Source: Azolla caroliniana | Taxonomy: Eukaryota; Plantae; Polypodiophyta | Direction of reading: 5' to 3' | Assembly (NCBI GenBank): GCA_043228905.1 | Contig: JBHGNT010000105.1 | Coordinates: 22,331 to 86,330 of the forward strand | DNA length: 64,000 bases | Part shown: in pieces, positions 1 to 12,500 of the stretch | Numbering within the stretch: position 1 is the first letter of the stretch | Layout of the letters: every line of letters starts with the position of its first letter | The notes under the pieces: model-generated | Databases searched by the model: none | What the model was told of the DNA's origin: nothing | What the model saw: only the letters and a program-made list of their open reading frames with translations | Position numbers and translations under genes: made by a program

Positions 1-68
1 TTGCACAAGCTACTATAAATACGGAGCTAAAGATATATGGTATTCACACATCATAAGTTTGATTGAAC

Positions 69-1005
69 CTTGCACCTCAATGGTGGAATGAACCCTCTGG
101 AGTAATTCAAATGGCTGTGACTGTGTATGAAACCCATGCATTGTGAGCATCGATCGCTTGATGATGATGCCTTGAACTGAACCTCGAAGTCGATAAAACC
201 AAACATTTCATCAGTAGATTGCATATGAAGACACACATATACATGCATGCATTTATGCGTGTATAGGTTGTTCAGTCATAGGTTATCGCCGTATAAAATG
301 TTATCAAGTCTATCCAATTACTGGACCAGCTATATAGATTTGCCAAACATACTATTTTTCTTATTTTCTTCTCTTACACGTGTTCCAAATAGCCCCTTTT
401 ATGATATGTGTAACCGTTCCTGAGCAGCTTGTACCAAGGGAGCATTTGTTTTACAATCATCTTTCTTAAGAATTCCACATAGCTCTTTCCGTGATATAGT
501 GGTAAACTCTATATAGTTGGAGCCTGGTTATCTCACATTATAATTTATAAATGTGCAAAACAAACTTTACGCAAGCTATATGTGTATGCAAAATACCTTC
601 TTCCCCAGTTGGTCTGTGGGGTTATTCGGATTTTAGGAAGTTAAGTCCACGAGTTTGTTTTAGGCACAGTCTCTAGGCATGTATGGGTTTGTAAGATCAG
701 TATCCCCATTCGTGGAGATACGTTTGTAAGGCTCCAAGAAAAGGCCTTTTGATGGACATTCACTAAATCCTTCAAATGGTGATGGCACAGTAAATAGCTT
801 AAATTTCGATTCCAGATTTTCGATGTAAGGTTTAAGCATTCGAAATACCTATTTATGTATATTGAGAGCAGTTCATCTTTTCATCTTTTCATGAATAAAC
901 TTTGGGGTTGAGGTAGAAGCTACAGAGACAGAGGATTTTGTGGAAGGAGGTGGTATAAGCACATACCTGGCATGTGGTAAGAGGGAGGGGGAGGATGGCA
1001 GCCAT
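69..1005 (-). CDS. Probable 5' exons of a gene running off the left edge; N-terminus resembles a plastid transit peptide
   Basis: Exon 967-1005 gives MAAILPLPLTTCQ with a strong GTATGT donor. A phase-0 exon 69-176 (ttcag acceptor, GTTCAA donor) gives FKASSSSDRCSQ...PPLRCK. The peptide is Ser-rich and acid-poor. No domain is visible in the window. Confidence 0.4.
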
Positions 1006-1389
1006 GGCTAGAGCAGCAGAAGGAACAGGAACGGAGCGTCGTCGACCATGGCCATGGAAGAAGGCCTTCTTTCTTAGATAATGCACAACGTTTTCCTAAA
1101 TTACAGGGACTACCCTCCCTCCCCTGGAAGCGTCTCTATGTAATTGCCGGGACTGCCCTTCCACACCCTCAGCCTAATGCACCTAATGAACATGATTAAT
1201 TCAAAGAAAAGCAAGCACGTACATATACATATGGTTGCCATCTCTCTTTACTCCCAATTCTACTACACACATGTTCTACTTTAGGCCGCCATACATATGT
1301 ATACCATACCTAACAATGACTTTGAAATTCCTAATGCATATCTCCAAACAATCGGTGGGCTACCGATCCATATACCGAAGAGAGTGCCA

Positions 1390-1700
1390 TAATCACAATC
1401 ATCGATAATAGTGATGCATACCCCTTATAATCCCCACTTCCTACTAATAATATGTACCATTGCTTCCATTTGGCTAAGCTCACAATCCATTCTATGCAAG
1501 TGGGGATATCGCGGCACCATTATAATCCATAGCCCAAGCATGTTTATGAATCCAACTATAGAACTCCCGACCGGTTGTCAAAGCAATGTGGACTCTTCGC
1601 TAGTAAATTCCTCGAGAGCCATACGCAATGTTTTACGTGGTGTTATCCCTTGGTTCACAAATACGATCGTCTCTTGTCGTCGAGCTATGGAAATTGCATA
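1390..1700 (+). mobile_element. Degenerate non-LTR (RTE-like LINE) reverse transcriptase remnant
   Basis: Frameshifted peptides PTNN..HLAKL.QSIL, AQAC..NYRTPD and MWTLR occur in the order of the LINE RT motifs NYRTIM..LAKLY / QAGFR..TIDH..TLR. Multiple stops. Confidence 0.35.
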
Positions 1701-2666
1701 TGTATATCTCTTTGAAATCGCATGACTGAAAATAAGGTTCCATCGTGTTCACACCAGCCCACCCTCCATGTTCTGTTCTACTGCTGTGTCCGGCCGGGCA
1801 ACCAACAAACTCCCCCTCCTCCTCCACCCACGCAGGAAACACATCCTTTTGTTATTATTGCTACCACGGGAATGCTTCAATTATCCTCCTCCTCCTCCTC
1901 CTCCTTTTCGCGCGTGCAACAGAACAGAAACTCAGAGACATCCCTCCCTGAAAGTGATGGTAATGAGTTGTAATGATAACCCAACCTTTTTTTTCCCCAA
2001 TGTGAAGGCATCTCATTTAGATGAGGCCGAATGGGTCATTCCCCCTCTCATCGCCATCTCTAGACATGCAATTCTCCTTGGATACTCTGTAAGTGCCCTT
2101 ATATCCTTCTTCTTCTTTTCTCTTTAGTTTAGCTGCATTTCGAGCATGTGTTTTCCTGTCATTTCTGTCGCGTATTGATCTTCCCAAAACTTAGAAGAAC
2201 ATAAGCTCAGGTTAGATAGTGGCAACTCTTTATTCATATCAAATATAAAAATATATATGTTTTGAAAATAATGCATTTGGTTGGATTATTGCATATACAT
2301 TCGATTATAGATACATTTGTGCATTATCACCATCGTTCATGAGATGTGTGTTTTGCTATTTGATGTGAATTTTGCTTCTATTTACAGTCATTTCGAATGA
2401 ATCATGTGCTTTTTGGAGGGCACTTTTTGCATAGATTAAAATCAGAAAGAAACAAATTCTGATCATTTTTATTTATACCCTATGATAACGGTGTTCCTTC
2501 TTTTTGTGCATACAGTTTTGCTAATTAACTCAATTATATGCATTTCAGGTTATGTTTTCTGTTTTAGCCATTGTTTCCTTGGCCGTGGTTTTCATCCTCA
2601 CTAGAAAAACATGTTATGGGCAAGGACAGATATTCAGTTCATGATCATTTATTTTAGTCAAAATAA

Positions 2667-5139
2667 ATGACTGAAACGTGGGCAGAGAATAATCCATATG
2701 CTCAAACATCAGAAAGCATGGAGCAATTACTAAAAGATGAACATGTATGTCATCATGTTTTCCCTATCATGTGCAAAACTTGTCTCGAATGATTCGGCTT
2801 TACCAAGACACTTCTCATCAGATTAAACTTTTCTTTTTCCAGTTTGAAAATATAAATGGTACAAAATTGAGGAATTCTGACTGTGATAAAAGCAATATTA
2901 CTGATATCAAGGTAGACAAAATAATGAAAAATCCCCAAAATTAATGTTTTCTCTTATTGAGAAAAGCAAATTGTTAAGTCAAATAATTTTAATATATCAT
3001 ATAAAAAATTAAAAAGATGGTGTTGTTTTGTGTGCATCAAATATAAAACATGATAATATGCATGGGTCTTGTAGGTGCTCAGAAGGCTTGCTCAGAATAG
3101 GGAAGCCGCTCGTAAGAGTCGTCTCCGGAAGAAGGTTTGATGACTGGAATTGATTACTTACTGAGCTTTGGTATGATTGGTTATTGTGCGTTGATATGGA
3201 CCATCTTTATTCTAGGCATATGTTCAACAATTGGAATCAAATAGACTGAAGTTAAATCAACTCGAGCAAGAGGTTGATCGGGTTCGTCACCAGGTATAGG
3301 AACATGAATAGTCAGAAAACTTTTCAATCATCTCAGCATAAATGAACACAAGCGTAAACTTGGTTTTGCAGATGAAACTTTTAAGGATAAACCAATGTGG
3401 AATGTCAAGTATTCACTAAGCATACATGATCGGAAAATTTTATATGCTATAAAACTTTAGAAATCTTTTTGTAAGTTTGGGCATGCCTACCTAAAAATAT
3501 TTCTCTTGAAAAATAGCCAAAACTTTTTGAAACCCTTGGAAAGATAGCCATTTGGTGAAATATTAATATCTTTCGCTTCTTTTCATCAGACTCTTCCTTT
3601 GTCTAAATGATAACTAAGACTCCTTAAGACCTCAGGGAAATCATGCAAACGGAGATATTTGCAGCCGATCAATGAATGCAGGTATTACTCCATTTCTTTG
3701 GACAGCTAATTATCGATATATGGGATGGTTATTGGTTTGTTATATACAATGGTAACCTATCCCTTTTCATTGAGAGGCAGAACGATATGAACCCAAGTCT
3801 TAAGGATTATGAAACATATAACTTACCACTAGAATACAATCCCAATACTATTAGAAAAACGACAAATAAAGATGTGTCTTTTGTCTATTAAAGGCCAAAA
3901 TCAGCCTACGAGACAAAACATAGACGTGTGTATGTTGCCTACGTTTCCAAAAACATTGTAATGTGAGCATTGCTCAAATTTGAAAGAGAGATAGTGTTAA
4001 CATCCACAGAAGATTGATACGATCTGTGAAATGGGGCCAAGCCCACGTTCGGGATTGAACTTAATTTCCCAAAATTTTATGTCTTTTGGTGCTATTATGG
4101 ACACCACCAAGCCAAAACCAACAGCCACAAAAATAGGTATATTTATGTAAATAGCTATGCTGTATCAGGAACTGCTGCCTTCAACATGGATTATGCACAT
4201 TGGGTGGAGGAGCATATCAGAAAGCTTTCGGAACTTAGAGCTGCATTAGCAAATAATTATGCAGGCGATGCTGAATTGCGTTGTCATGTAGATAGTATTG
4301 TAGGCCACTATGATAAACTCTTCCGATTCAAGGGAATTGCAGTGAAATCAGATGTTTTCCATGTGATGTCTGGCATGTGGAAAACACCCACAGAGCGATG
4401 TTTTATGTGGATGGGTGGATTTCGGCCTTCTGAACTCCTTAAGGTGTGTCAATTCATTTATAAGTACTTTTGCATGCAGATGTATGTACCTGTAAATGTA
4501 TGTATATACGTATTCTTATATATCCCACATTTCCTTTTTCTTTTTAGTTTTCCATGCGTGGAAGTTTTTACATGTTTGAGCTAAAACATTAGGTGAACCC
4601 ATTTGGTACATCAAAGAAAAATCTCTAATTTTAGGAATAATGTAATGGCTTGAATCAGATGGTTAATCCTGAGCTTCAGCCGCTCACTGAAAAGCAACAG
4701 CTAACAATATGCAACTTACAACAATTCTCTCAACAAGCTGAGGATGCCCTCTCTCAAAGTATGGAGACACTTCAACAAAATCTGGCCGATACATTATCAG
4801 CTGGTTCACAAGAGGTTCACAATGTTGCAAATTATATGGGCCAGATGTCAATGGCCATGGGGAAACTCAGTACATTAGAAAATTTTGTCCGACAGGTTGT
4901 CGTCATGTCATTTGGATTTCTTACATTGTTGTACAACCATATGGATTTGTTTATCTTTTTAATTCTTAGTATGACTAATGAATCTTCAATAGGCGGACAA
5001 TCTCCAGCACCAGATGTTGCATCAACTGCATCTTATTTTGACACCACGACAATCAGCAAAGGGTTTGGTAGCACTCGGAGATTATTTCTCACGTTTACGT
5101 GCCTTGAGCTCTCTTTGGATTGCCCGACCTCAAGATTAA
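2667..5139 (+). CDS. TGA: TGA-class (group D) bZIP transcription factor with C-terminal DOG1 domain
   Basis: Exons 2667-2744, 2843-2911, 3075-3134 (VLRRLAQNREAARKSRLRKK), 3216-3293 (AYVQQLES..LEQE), 3636-3681, 4169-4443 (DVFHVMSGMWKTPTERCFMWMGGFRPSELLK), 4659-4895 (QQAEDALSQ..KLSTLENFVRQ) and 4993-5139 (ADNL..RLRALSSLW). All introns are GT-AG with matching phases. The first exon and start are less certain. Confidence 0.93.
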
Positions 5140-6374
5140 AATCTCAATTTGTTTTTTAAGTCTGCTGCTTCTCAGCATTCTACAATGATATTGCAAATAT
5201 ATGAACCTAGGATCTAACATATTGTACATAAGTAATGGACACACTAAATCCAGATGTATAGATGGTGAATAATGACAATAAACATTTTGTACAAGTTGAA
5301 TGAGTTATAGATGCATTATATCAAGATATATAGATAATGAATAATCCCAATTATGTATGCCTCCAAGAGACTTGATATTGTCAAGGACTCTCCGGAATAT
5401 GCTTCTCTTGATGTTGATGCCTTTTCCATGAAGGGTACCACTTCTAGTAAGTTTTAAGATCCAAAATATGTAACGTCCCTATTAAATTTACTTGGTGTTT
5501 TCAAAACCCTGCGTTGTTACACATGAGTACTACCTTCCCATGTACTCACTCTCTGGTTTGGCTAGAGGTCATGAGCTAAAATGGTGATATTGATAAATTT
5601 TATGTGCGATTACTATTTTGTGGATCATGTTTTATTTTCAAACAGCAATTTCTAGGTTTCCAATCCTTTGATGAACACTAGTCCCTAATAATTGAATATA
5701 ATGCCATTGATGTTGAAAAGCTATATGCATAGGGAAACAAATTGGAGACTCAAAATTCAGCCACCTCGCTTCAGAATAAAGTTGTGCAAGGCATCAGAGT
5801 AGAACAATTAACAAAATCCATAGATTCCTTGTGACAGTGCAACACTCTATCATGTAAGTTAAGTGAAGATACCCATATTCAAGCAAAAGTTTGGAAAGTG
5901 ACTAATAAATTAGTTATCAATTATAAAGGCATGAACAATTCTAATAATGATCTAAAATCTCGAAGTAACTTTACATGAAAAACACAGTACATTGATTTTC
6001 TGAAACCATGCCCTCCCATCCACTTACTTCTATTTAAATTTTATTTTCTTCAGTTCGATCCATCATACGATTTAAACAATTGAAGATTGGCCTTGAACTC
6101 ATAAAATATAAAGAACTGAGATATAAAAAGCAGAGCGATGCATGAATAATTCTTTTAGTAAATTAAGAAATGCATTACTAACAGGCATATGTAAGTTGTA
6201 ACAAATGGCAGAGAAATGCATTACTTAAAAGAACCATGGAAAGCATTGAATATATTCACATCAATACAAAAAACATCATTGTGCTGAAATGAGTACCCAT
6301 GGGGCAGGAAGAAGAATATTTGACGAAGTTTAGAAGAACATGAGCAAGTAGTTATATTTAAGAGAAGGTTCTAA

Positions 6375-7079
6375 CTAGATGGTATTTCTAAGTACACAAA
6401 CAACTAAGAAGGGTTTGGGAGTGACCTTGCCTTTAAGAGACTTCTTCTCTAATTCCAAGTCCTCATCAAGGGCAATCTCGATCATGCGGTGCCGATGTTT
6501 CACACGACCGGATGTGGAAGGAACATTGACAAAGTAAGCACTACTAGAGTTCGGAAGTTGGCCACAAGGAATGTAGCTAAGGTAGGTCTTGTGGGAAGGC
6601 TCAGCGATATTATACCTAAGGATAGGTTGAACTATCCCTTGCTGTTTCCACCTCCCACCTTCCCTTGTCATTCTATTCCTGGTCATGTTCCCTTTCTTTG
6701 TATACTCCGTAGTGCAACAAAAATAAAGACAACCCATAGTTGATGTGCCCATGAAGTGCCATGGATGACTGTTGTATACATTTGCATTGATCACAATGTT
6801 ATCAAGGGCGTGAGGTTTGTTCTGCTTCTTTGCGCAAAGAAACTCAACCAAGCTTCGCTCTTGAATCAAGTGAGCATCGAGGTTCATCCGGCCAATATCG
6901 ACATCGCTCGTCTGATACCGCACATCTGCATTATCAGAATTCATGAGTTCTAAGGATGTGGCTTTGTCTTCCCTAATGTCATCATCATTCTCCACTTGTA
7001 ATTTGGGATACAAAACAGGCTGAAATATATTGGAGGTTGCATGAGCATGAGATGCCAACTGCATTTCTCGCTCTGGCCT
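6375..7079 (-). CDS. Divergent NAC-domain protein with the NAC domain at the C-terminus; 5' structure uncertain
   Basis: NAC subdomain-like motifs occur in order: ERSLVEFL..K, NVYNSHPWHF, LYFC..RNRMT..GRWKQQG, HKTYLSY, RMIEIAL, FLVVCVLR, then stop. There is a possible acceptor at ~7079 or a start at MQLASH (~7063). Confidence 0.7.
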   Translation of the reverse strand, partial: RPEREMQLASHAHATSNIFQPVLYPKLQVENDDDIREDKATSLELMNSDNADVRYQTSDVDIGRMNLDAHLIQERSLVEFLCAKKQNKPHALDNIVINANVYNSHPWHFMGTSTMGCLYFCCTTEYTKKGNMTRNRMTREGGRWKQQGIVQPILRYNIAEPSHKTYLSYIPCGQLPNSSSAYFVNVPSTSGRVKHRHRMIEIALDEDLELEKKSLKGKVTPKPFLVVCVLRNTI

Positions 7080-7440
7080 ACACAAATAATTGTACCACAC
7101 AAGTGAGATCAATCAATATGCAAAAGGAAGAGCTCACTGAATTCAGTTATGTATTTCTGTATCAGAAGAATCTTTAGATAATAAGTAACAAATAGCTACT
7201 TATGTTTATCTATGGTGTTCTAGTCATGAACTTATTGAAGCACAGCCAGCACAGTGCAGCCTCGTAAACAAAAGCTCATAATGTCCAAACGAATCCTGCA
7301 AGAAAAAAAAAACCTAATCCATACATAATGTGCCTCTACACTGTGATGGAAGTATCCACAAGACTCTAAAACTTAAACCATAATGCTAGCACCAACTAAA
7401 CCCTGATCCCAACAATCTCAACCATAACTTAAAACCACAC

Positions 7441-7953
7441 CTAAACCCTGTAACTCCCCAAACCCTCAAAAGCGTCAAATAACGAGTCAAACCTTTGCCA
7501 TTTGGAAAACCCGCTTCTGTCGTCAGAATGGATAGACCTCTTCATGATATGATGAGTCGCTGCAGCAGGGCTTCTTATACTGAGCTCAAGACACAGCTCT
7601 TCATTACAGGTTAGGGAAGAAGAATCCATACATTCATTTTCATCGTCATTACTAGCATGGTGGTGGTGGTGGTGGTAGCAGTTACCATCATCTTCCTGAT
7701 CATGGTCGATTATCTGGATATGGCTGTATAGACCAGAAACTCTAGGAAGGGTACTGGGATTAAAGGCATCTAAATTCTCTGCATTCATTTCTTCTTCTTC
7801 TTCTTCTTCGTCTTCATTTTCCTCTTCTTCAATTTGGTGTTCTTCTTCTTTGAGCTTGGGATGAGTAGTCGTCGTCTTGGAGGGTGACTTATGCAGGAAA
7901 GGGTTCATAGGCCAAGTCTTCTTCTTCTTCTTCATCATCATCATCATCATCAT
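7441..7953 (-). CDS. Acidic low-complexity ORF with EAR-like LxLxL motif; probable first coding exon of the NAC-like gene
   Basis: 170-codon ORF with poly-E, poly-H and EELCLELSI. It lies just downstream of a (CT)n leader and ends at a possible GTTTAG donor. A strong ttttttcttgcag acceptor lies at ~7296, but I could not phase-link the exons cleanly. Confidence 0.5.
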   Translation of the reverse strand: MMMMMMMKKKKKTWPMNPFLHKSPSKTTTTHPKLKEEEHQIEEEENEDEEEEEEEMNAENLDAFNPSTLPRVSGLYSHIQIIDHDQEDDGNCYHHHHHHASNDDENECMDSSSLTCNEELCLELSIRSPAAATHHIMKRSIHSDDRSGFSKWQRFDSLFDAFEGLGSYRV

Positions 7954-8118
7954 CAGATTCTTCTCCCTTCTTCTGTCTGTGGCTCATCATCCTCCTCCTC
8001 ATCATCATCATCATCGTCATTATCTGAATGGATGAATTGCATGAGAGGCGTGAACAGAGGCATGGACAGAGAGAGAGACAGAGAGAGAGACAGAGAAAGA
8101 TAGAGAGAGCGTGTGTGT

Positions 8119-8154
8119 GTCACGTGTGTGTGACACGTGGACAAAGCCCATTGG
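8119..8154. promoter_or_regulatory. Paired G-box/ABRE elements plus CCAAT box in a probable bidirectional promoter
   Basis: CACGTG at 8121-8126 and 8134-8139 (ACACGTGG), ATTGG at 8150-8154, flanked by GA/CT microsatellites. Confidence 0.5.
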
Positions 8155-8248
8155 TAGGGCCACCCTATGTGGCGTGATTCGATTTGCCGTCTTCATCTGC
8201 CTAAGTGACCCCACCTCACCTCACCTCCTCACTTCACTTCACAAAGGC

Positions 8249-8286
<38 letters not shown>

Positions 8287-8404
8287 CACACCTCTGCATT
8301 TGCAATTTGTCTTGTCGCTACTTATGTATGTACATGTATATAGGTATGTATATAGGTTGGATGATGTCTCTTCTCATCCTATATAGGGCAGGCACATACA
8401 TACA

Positions 8405-8422
<18 letters not shown>

Positions 8423-8435
<13 letters not shown>

Positions 8436-8634
8436 GCATCCCCTGTGCCATGCATGCATGCATGCTTGGTACATGTTGTGTGTTCCATACACAAGACCAA
8501 AAAGAGAGATATCCAAATTACGAAGGATGGACAGACATTTGGCGTTGTGTGCACTTTTGGTCTTGTGTATGGAACACACAACATGTACCACGCATGCATG
8601 CATGCATGGCACAGGGGATGCATATGCATGTATG
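8423..8634 (+). ncRNA. Long near-perfect inverted repeat; candidate MIRNA or hairpin-RNA precursor
   Basis: 8431-8502 is the reverse complement of 8555-8626 (72 bp, one mismatch), extendable to 8423-8634, with a 52-nt loop. TATATA at 8380-8385 lies upstream. The inverted repeat is certain; RNA function is inferred. Confidence 0.6.
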
Positions 8635-9251
8635 AAGCATCAGCGATCTTGTTGTTGGGGAACACTGAGAAATGGTGATCTTGTCCATGAGTGATAGTAA
8701 TGAGGCAATTCATCAAAAAAGAAAACATGGAGCAACATAGCTCCCCGACCCGGTGCAACACTTGAAGGATTGATTGTAACTAAGTGAAGCATTGGTTTTT
8801 GTTTCCAGTTTGTCTTTTCACCTACTCATCGGTTCAAATGGCTTGCTACGGAAATGTATGAGTATTAGTTTTTACAATGCAATCCTGATATTTTTCAACC
8901 CTGGTGATTCCCTTGTGATGGAAAGCTTATCGTTGTCAATGTTAATTGTAAAATTTTCATGGTTAGCTCATGTACCTATAAACTACTAATAGTTTTTCCA
9001 TATGTCTATAGCTTTGATATGACATATAAAGGCAATACTTCCACATTGTGCATTCATTGGTAATGTTGTCTTCTTTCTAGGGATTCAAATCTTGGTGTAT
9101 CACATCCTGTACACATTCAAATGTGCACTTACAACCTTGTACTAGTGTCTAGCATGTGAATGCACTTGTAGTTTGAGGGATGTACATTGTAAAGTAGTCC
9201 TCTCACATAATCCCTACACTCTTTCCCCACTACAATCTTTCTCATCAAGAA

Positions 9252-9513
9252 ATGGCCACCACAAAGGATTTCGCATCTTGGCCTTACAATCATGTGCAAG
9301 GTTGCATCGATTGATCGTATTTTAGGATGTAAGTTTGATGTATCCCCATATCATGTGAACATGAGTTTGGATTTCCCATGGCCAATAGCCATTGCTAAGG
9401 ATTTTACCTCTTGGCCTTACAATCACGCATGACGCGGCATGAATTGATGGTATTTTAGGATGTACATTCAATATATCCCTATAGGGTGTGAACATGGGTT
9501 TGGATGTCCCATG
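9252..9513. repeat. Diverged two-copy tandem duplication (~132 bp unit)
   Basis: aaggatt..tcttggccttacaatca..gtattttaggatgta..gtgaacatg.gtttggat..cccatg occurs at 9252-9380 and 9385-9513. Confidence 0.8.
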
Positions 9514-12500
9514 TTAATGGTATATCGTTTTCTCTTTGAAACTTATTCCTAACATCGTTCCAATTAGTTATTTGACATATATCCATAGTTCAATCCAAAG
9601 AGATTCATTTTATTGCCAACCAAGTCCTAGAAAATTGATAGCCAAACTTAGTGGGCAATGGTTTGGGGTACTAAGACAAATAATGAGAACCTAGTGCCAT
9701 TCTTTGAACTCCCAATTGCTTTAGACTTAAACATGGGTGAGCTTCAAATATCACAATCATGTAATTTTCAACAACATATGGTTTACTTATATGAAGCCAT
9801 ATTCTATAATTGTATACCAACATTACCAAATCAGCAACAAGCAAGTATAGTCACTCATGAACGGGATATCCGCATTGTATGACAAGTGGAATAACCATTT
9901 CGTTAAAATAAACATAATGGGCAATGTTTGTGCAAAGGTGTGATAATGGAATACCATTCTTTATGCGTGTTCTCTAGGATATCCCTTGTGTGGATTCGAA
10001 ACAAATTTGTTTTAGATTGAAAATATTTTTATCAATAAGGTCATTAGCCTACATAGATTTGAATTGTGTGTGCTCTTCTAAGCATTTAGTGTGCTCATCA
10101 TTTCTAATTGATAACCCATCATAGATGCAAACCTTCTTATCTCAAAATTGCACAATCAACTGATTTTGAATTTTGAATTTTGAATATCATGTAACTTGAG
10201 GTACTCCAAGGTACATGACGGAAAAGCATGTCCAAAACAAGTAATGAGGGTTCCTTCTCATTTGTGGAAACATGAATCATGATGCTTTCGTGTGATGAAA
10301 GATTACAAGAGTACCATTAAGCTAGTTTATGTAGACCACTTCTAGATCATGCTAAAGGTATACGAGCCTAATCAAATCTTTATAAAATCTGCGTTGAAGT
10401 TCAATGAATTCGTGGATGAAAGGTTTCACAATTGATTGATTTGTTACTAGGAATACATATGGCAAGAAATATGGCACTAGTACGAAAAGATACATGACAT
10501 GAATTTTGTCGACGAGATGGCATGCATATTTATGACAAGAAACCATTTGGCTTAGCGTGCATGCATCATTTTGAAAATATATTGAACACATCTTCAAATA
10601 TACGAATTATCGCATTGTGAATCATGAAATGATTTCAGCATTGTATTGGGTTGGTGTTGTCTGACCACTGACACCCATCTTCCCCAACCATAGTTGTCCA
10701 ATATATGTGCAATTTACATCACCATCAAAGATGAGGCATTGATATGAAGGGCAACATATGACTCATAATTTATATAAAGCATAGCATGTGGTCATGGTTT
10801 TGAAGTGTGTATAATTATCATTCATTGTATTTATCGACGAGAGACAACAACATGAGTTCCGAACACTTGTTTCCTTTGTCTTTTTATTATCTTCAGACAT
10901 TAGCACACATGCACTTGTCCTTTATCGGTAATGTCCCTTCTTATGTATCATGTTTTAAATTAGAGGTATGACATGATAAGTTTACAATGATATCTATTAG
11001 GTAACATATACTATAGTCATGTTCATAATTTGTTCCTCTAGTTATTTCATCTCTCAACGTGGATGTATAATATACACATTTTGTACAGTAAAATTAAGAA
11101 CTAGAAACATGGTATGGTTTGATTTTTATTATAATCGAAACTAAACAATGGTTTAAAAAGGTTTTCCCCTATACCTTGGATCCATTGTGCAATTCTAGTT
11201 TGAGAAGAGTTTGATATGTGATATCAATCCTGAGTTTATATTCTACCAAATGTTCCTAATGGCCTCCGTCTATTCCCGTCTATCTAAGCGATGATATGGT
11301 CAACTCATCGTCTTTTTTTCTTTTAGAGATTGACTAAGATTGTTTGGGAATTGACGAAAAAGTTAAGGGCATTTGGGAGGCTATGATGGATCATTGATAC
11401 AACATACTTGCGAAAATAATGTGAAACGACTTGCGTCGTTAAATTTGGCATGAATACCTATGTATTCGTATAAAAGTATGTTTGATAATGAAATGTGAGA
11501 CATAAAAGAAAGTTGGCACACTATTTAGAAATTTGAGAGCTACTAAAAAGAGGATATTCTTAGATAATTTAAGAATATCATTCATTTAAGCACTATTTTA
11601 GTACTACCATATGACTAAAATTGATGATATTCGACATAAATAATTGGCTATTCTTGGAAACAACAAACTGATTAAGCAACGAGATTATCTCCTAGACATG
11701 AATTTTGAGTCTTGTCATATTTATCGACACAATGCTAATAACAAGCATCTAAATTAACATTTGGGTTATGTACAAGAATCTTACATGTCCAAGAATTTTA
11801 TCACTTCCACACTATGAATGTGATTTGCTATCTTAACAAAGGTGGTGCACTCTATGGTCATTGCATACCTTTTCATTTTCACACTCGAAGGCGCATTTAT
11901 ATTCAAGACCATCAAAGAGAATCAATGTGATCATCACGTATCTCCTAAATAGAATTGTCGTTCCATGGAAAGAAAAGTGTTAGATGGTGAACCACCCAAA
12001 TATGAACATGCCATTAAATACATGAGCCTCATGTTAGACATATTGGATGCAAACACCATGTAAATTCTATTTGTAAGTCAATCAAATGTCGCCGATAATG
12101 TAGAATACTCGTCAAAAGTTTGGTTTTTGTGCACATTTGTACGACTTCTTTTTTTCATATACATATTCGATACCCTTTGCTGAGGAAAGTTGATATGACA
12201 TCCCCTGATAAACTAGTATAACCATTATTTTTGGAGGAATATGTCGACAATGAATGCTATATCAAACTCATTGTTAAAAGGGGCACTTGTTGCATAATAA
12301 TATATATGTGGTCCATGTTGGAGCCCAACCCAAGGGACTCTCCTATGTCATTGAAGCTTCAACAATCAAGATTTTTTTCCCTAACGTGTGGAGAAATCTC
12401 AATGAAGTATCAAAAGCTCATAATTGTGTGCAAACTTATAATCAAATTGGCTTCTAATTACATGTTTGATATGTTATTTAGCAACTTCGATTGGGAGATC

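Noticed and set aside
8205-8761. Cluster of overlapping ORFs on both strands
   Set aside because: They are by-products of microsatellites and the inverted repeat (mirror-image peptides), with no domain content.
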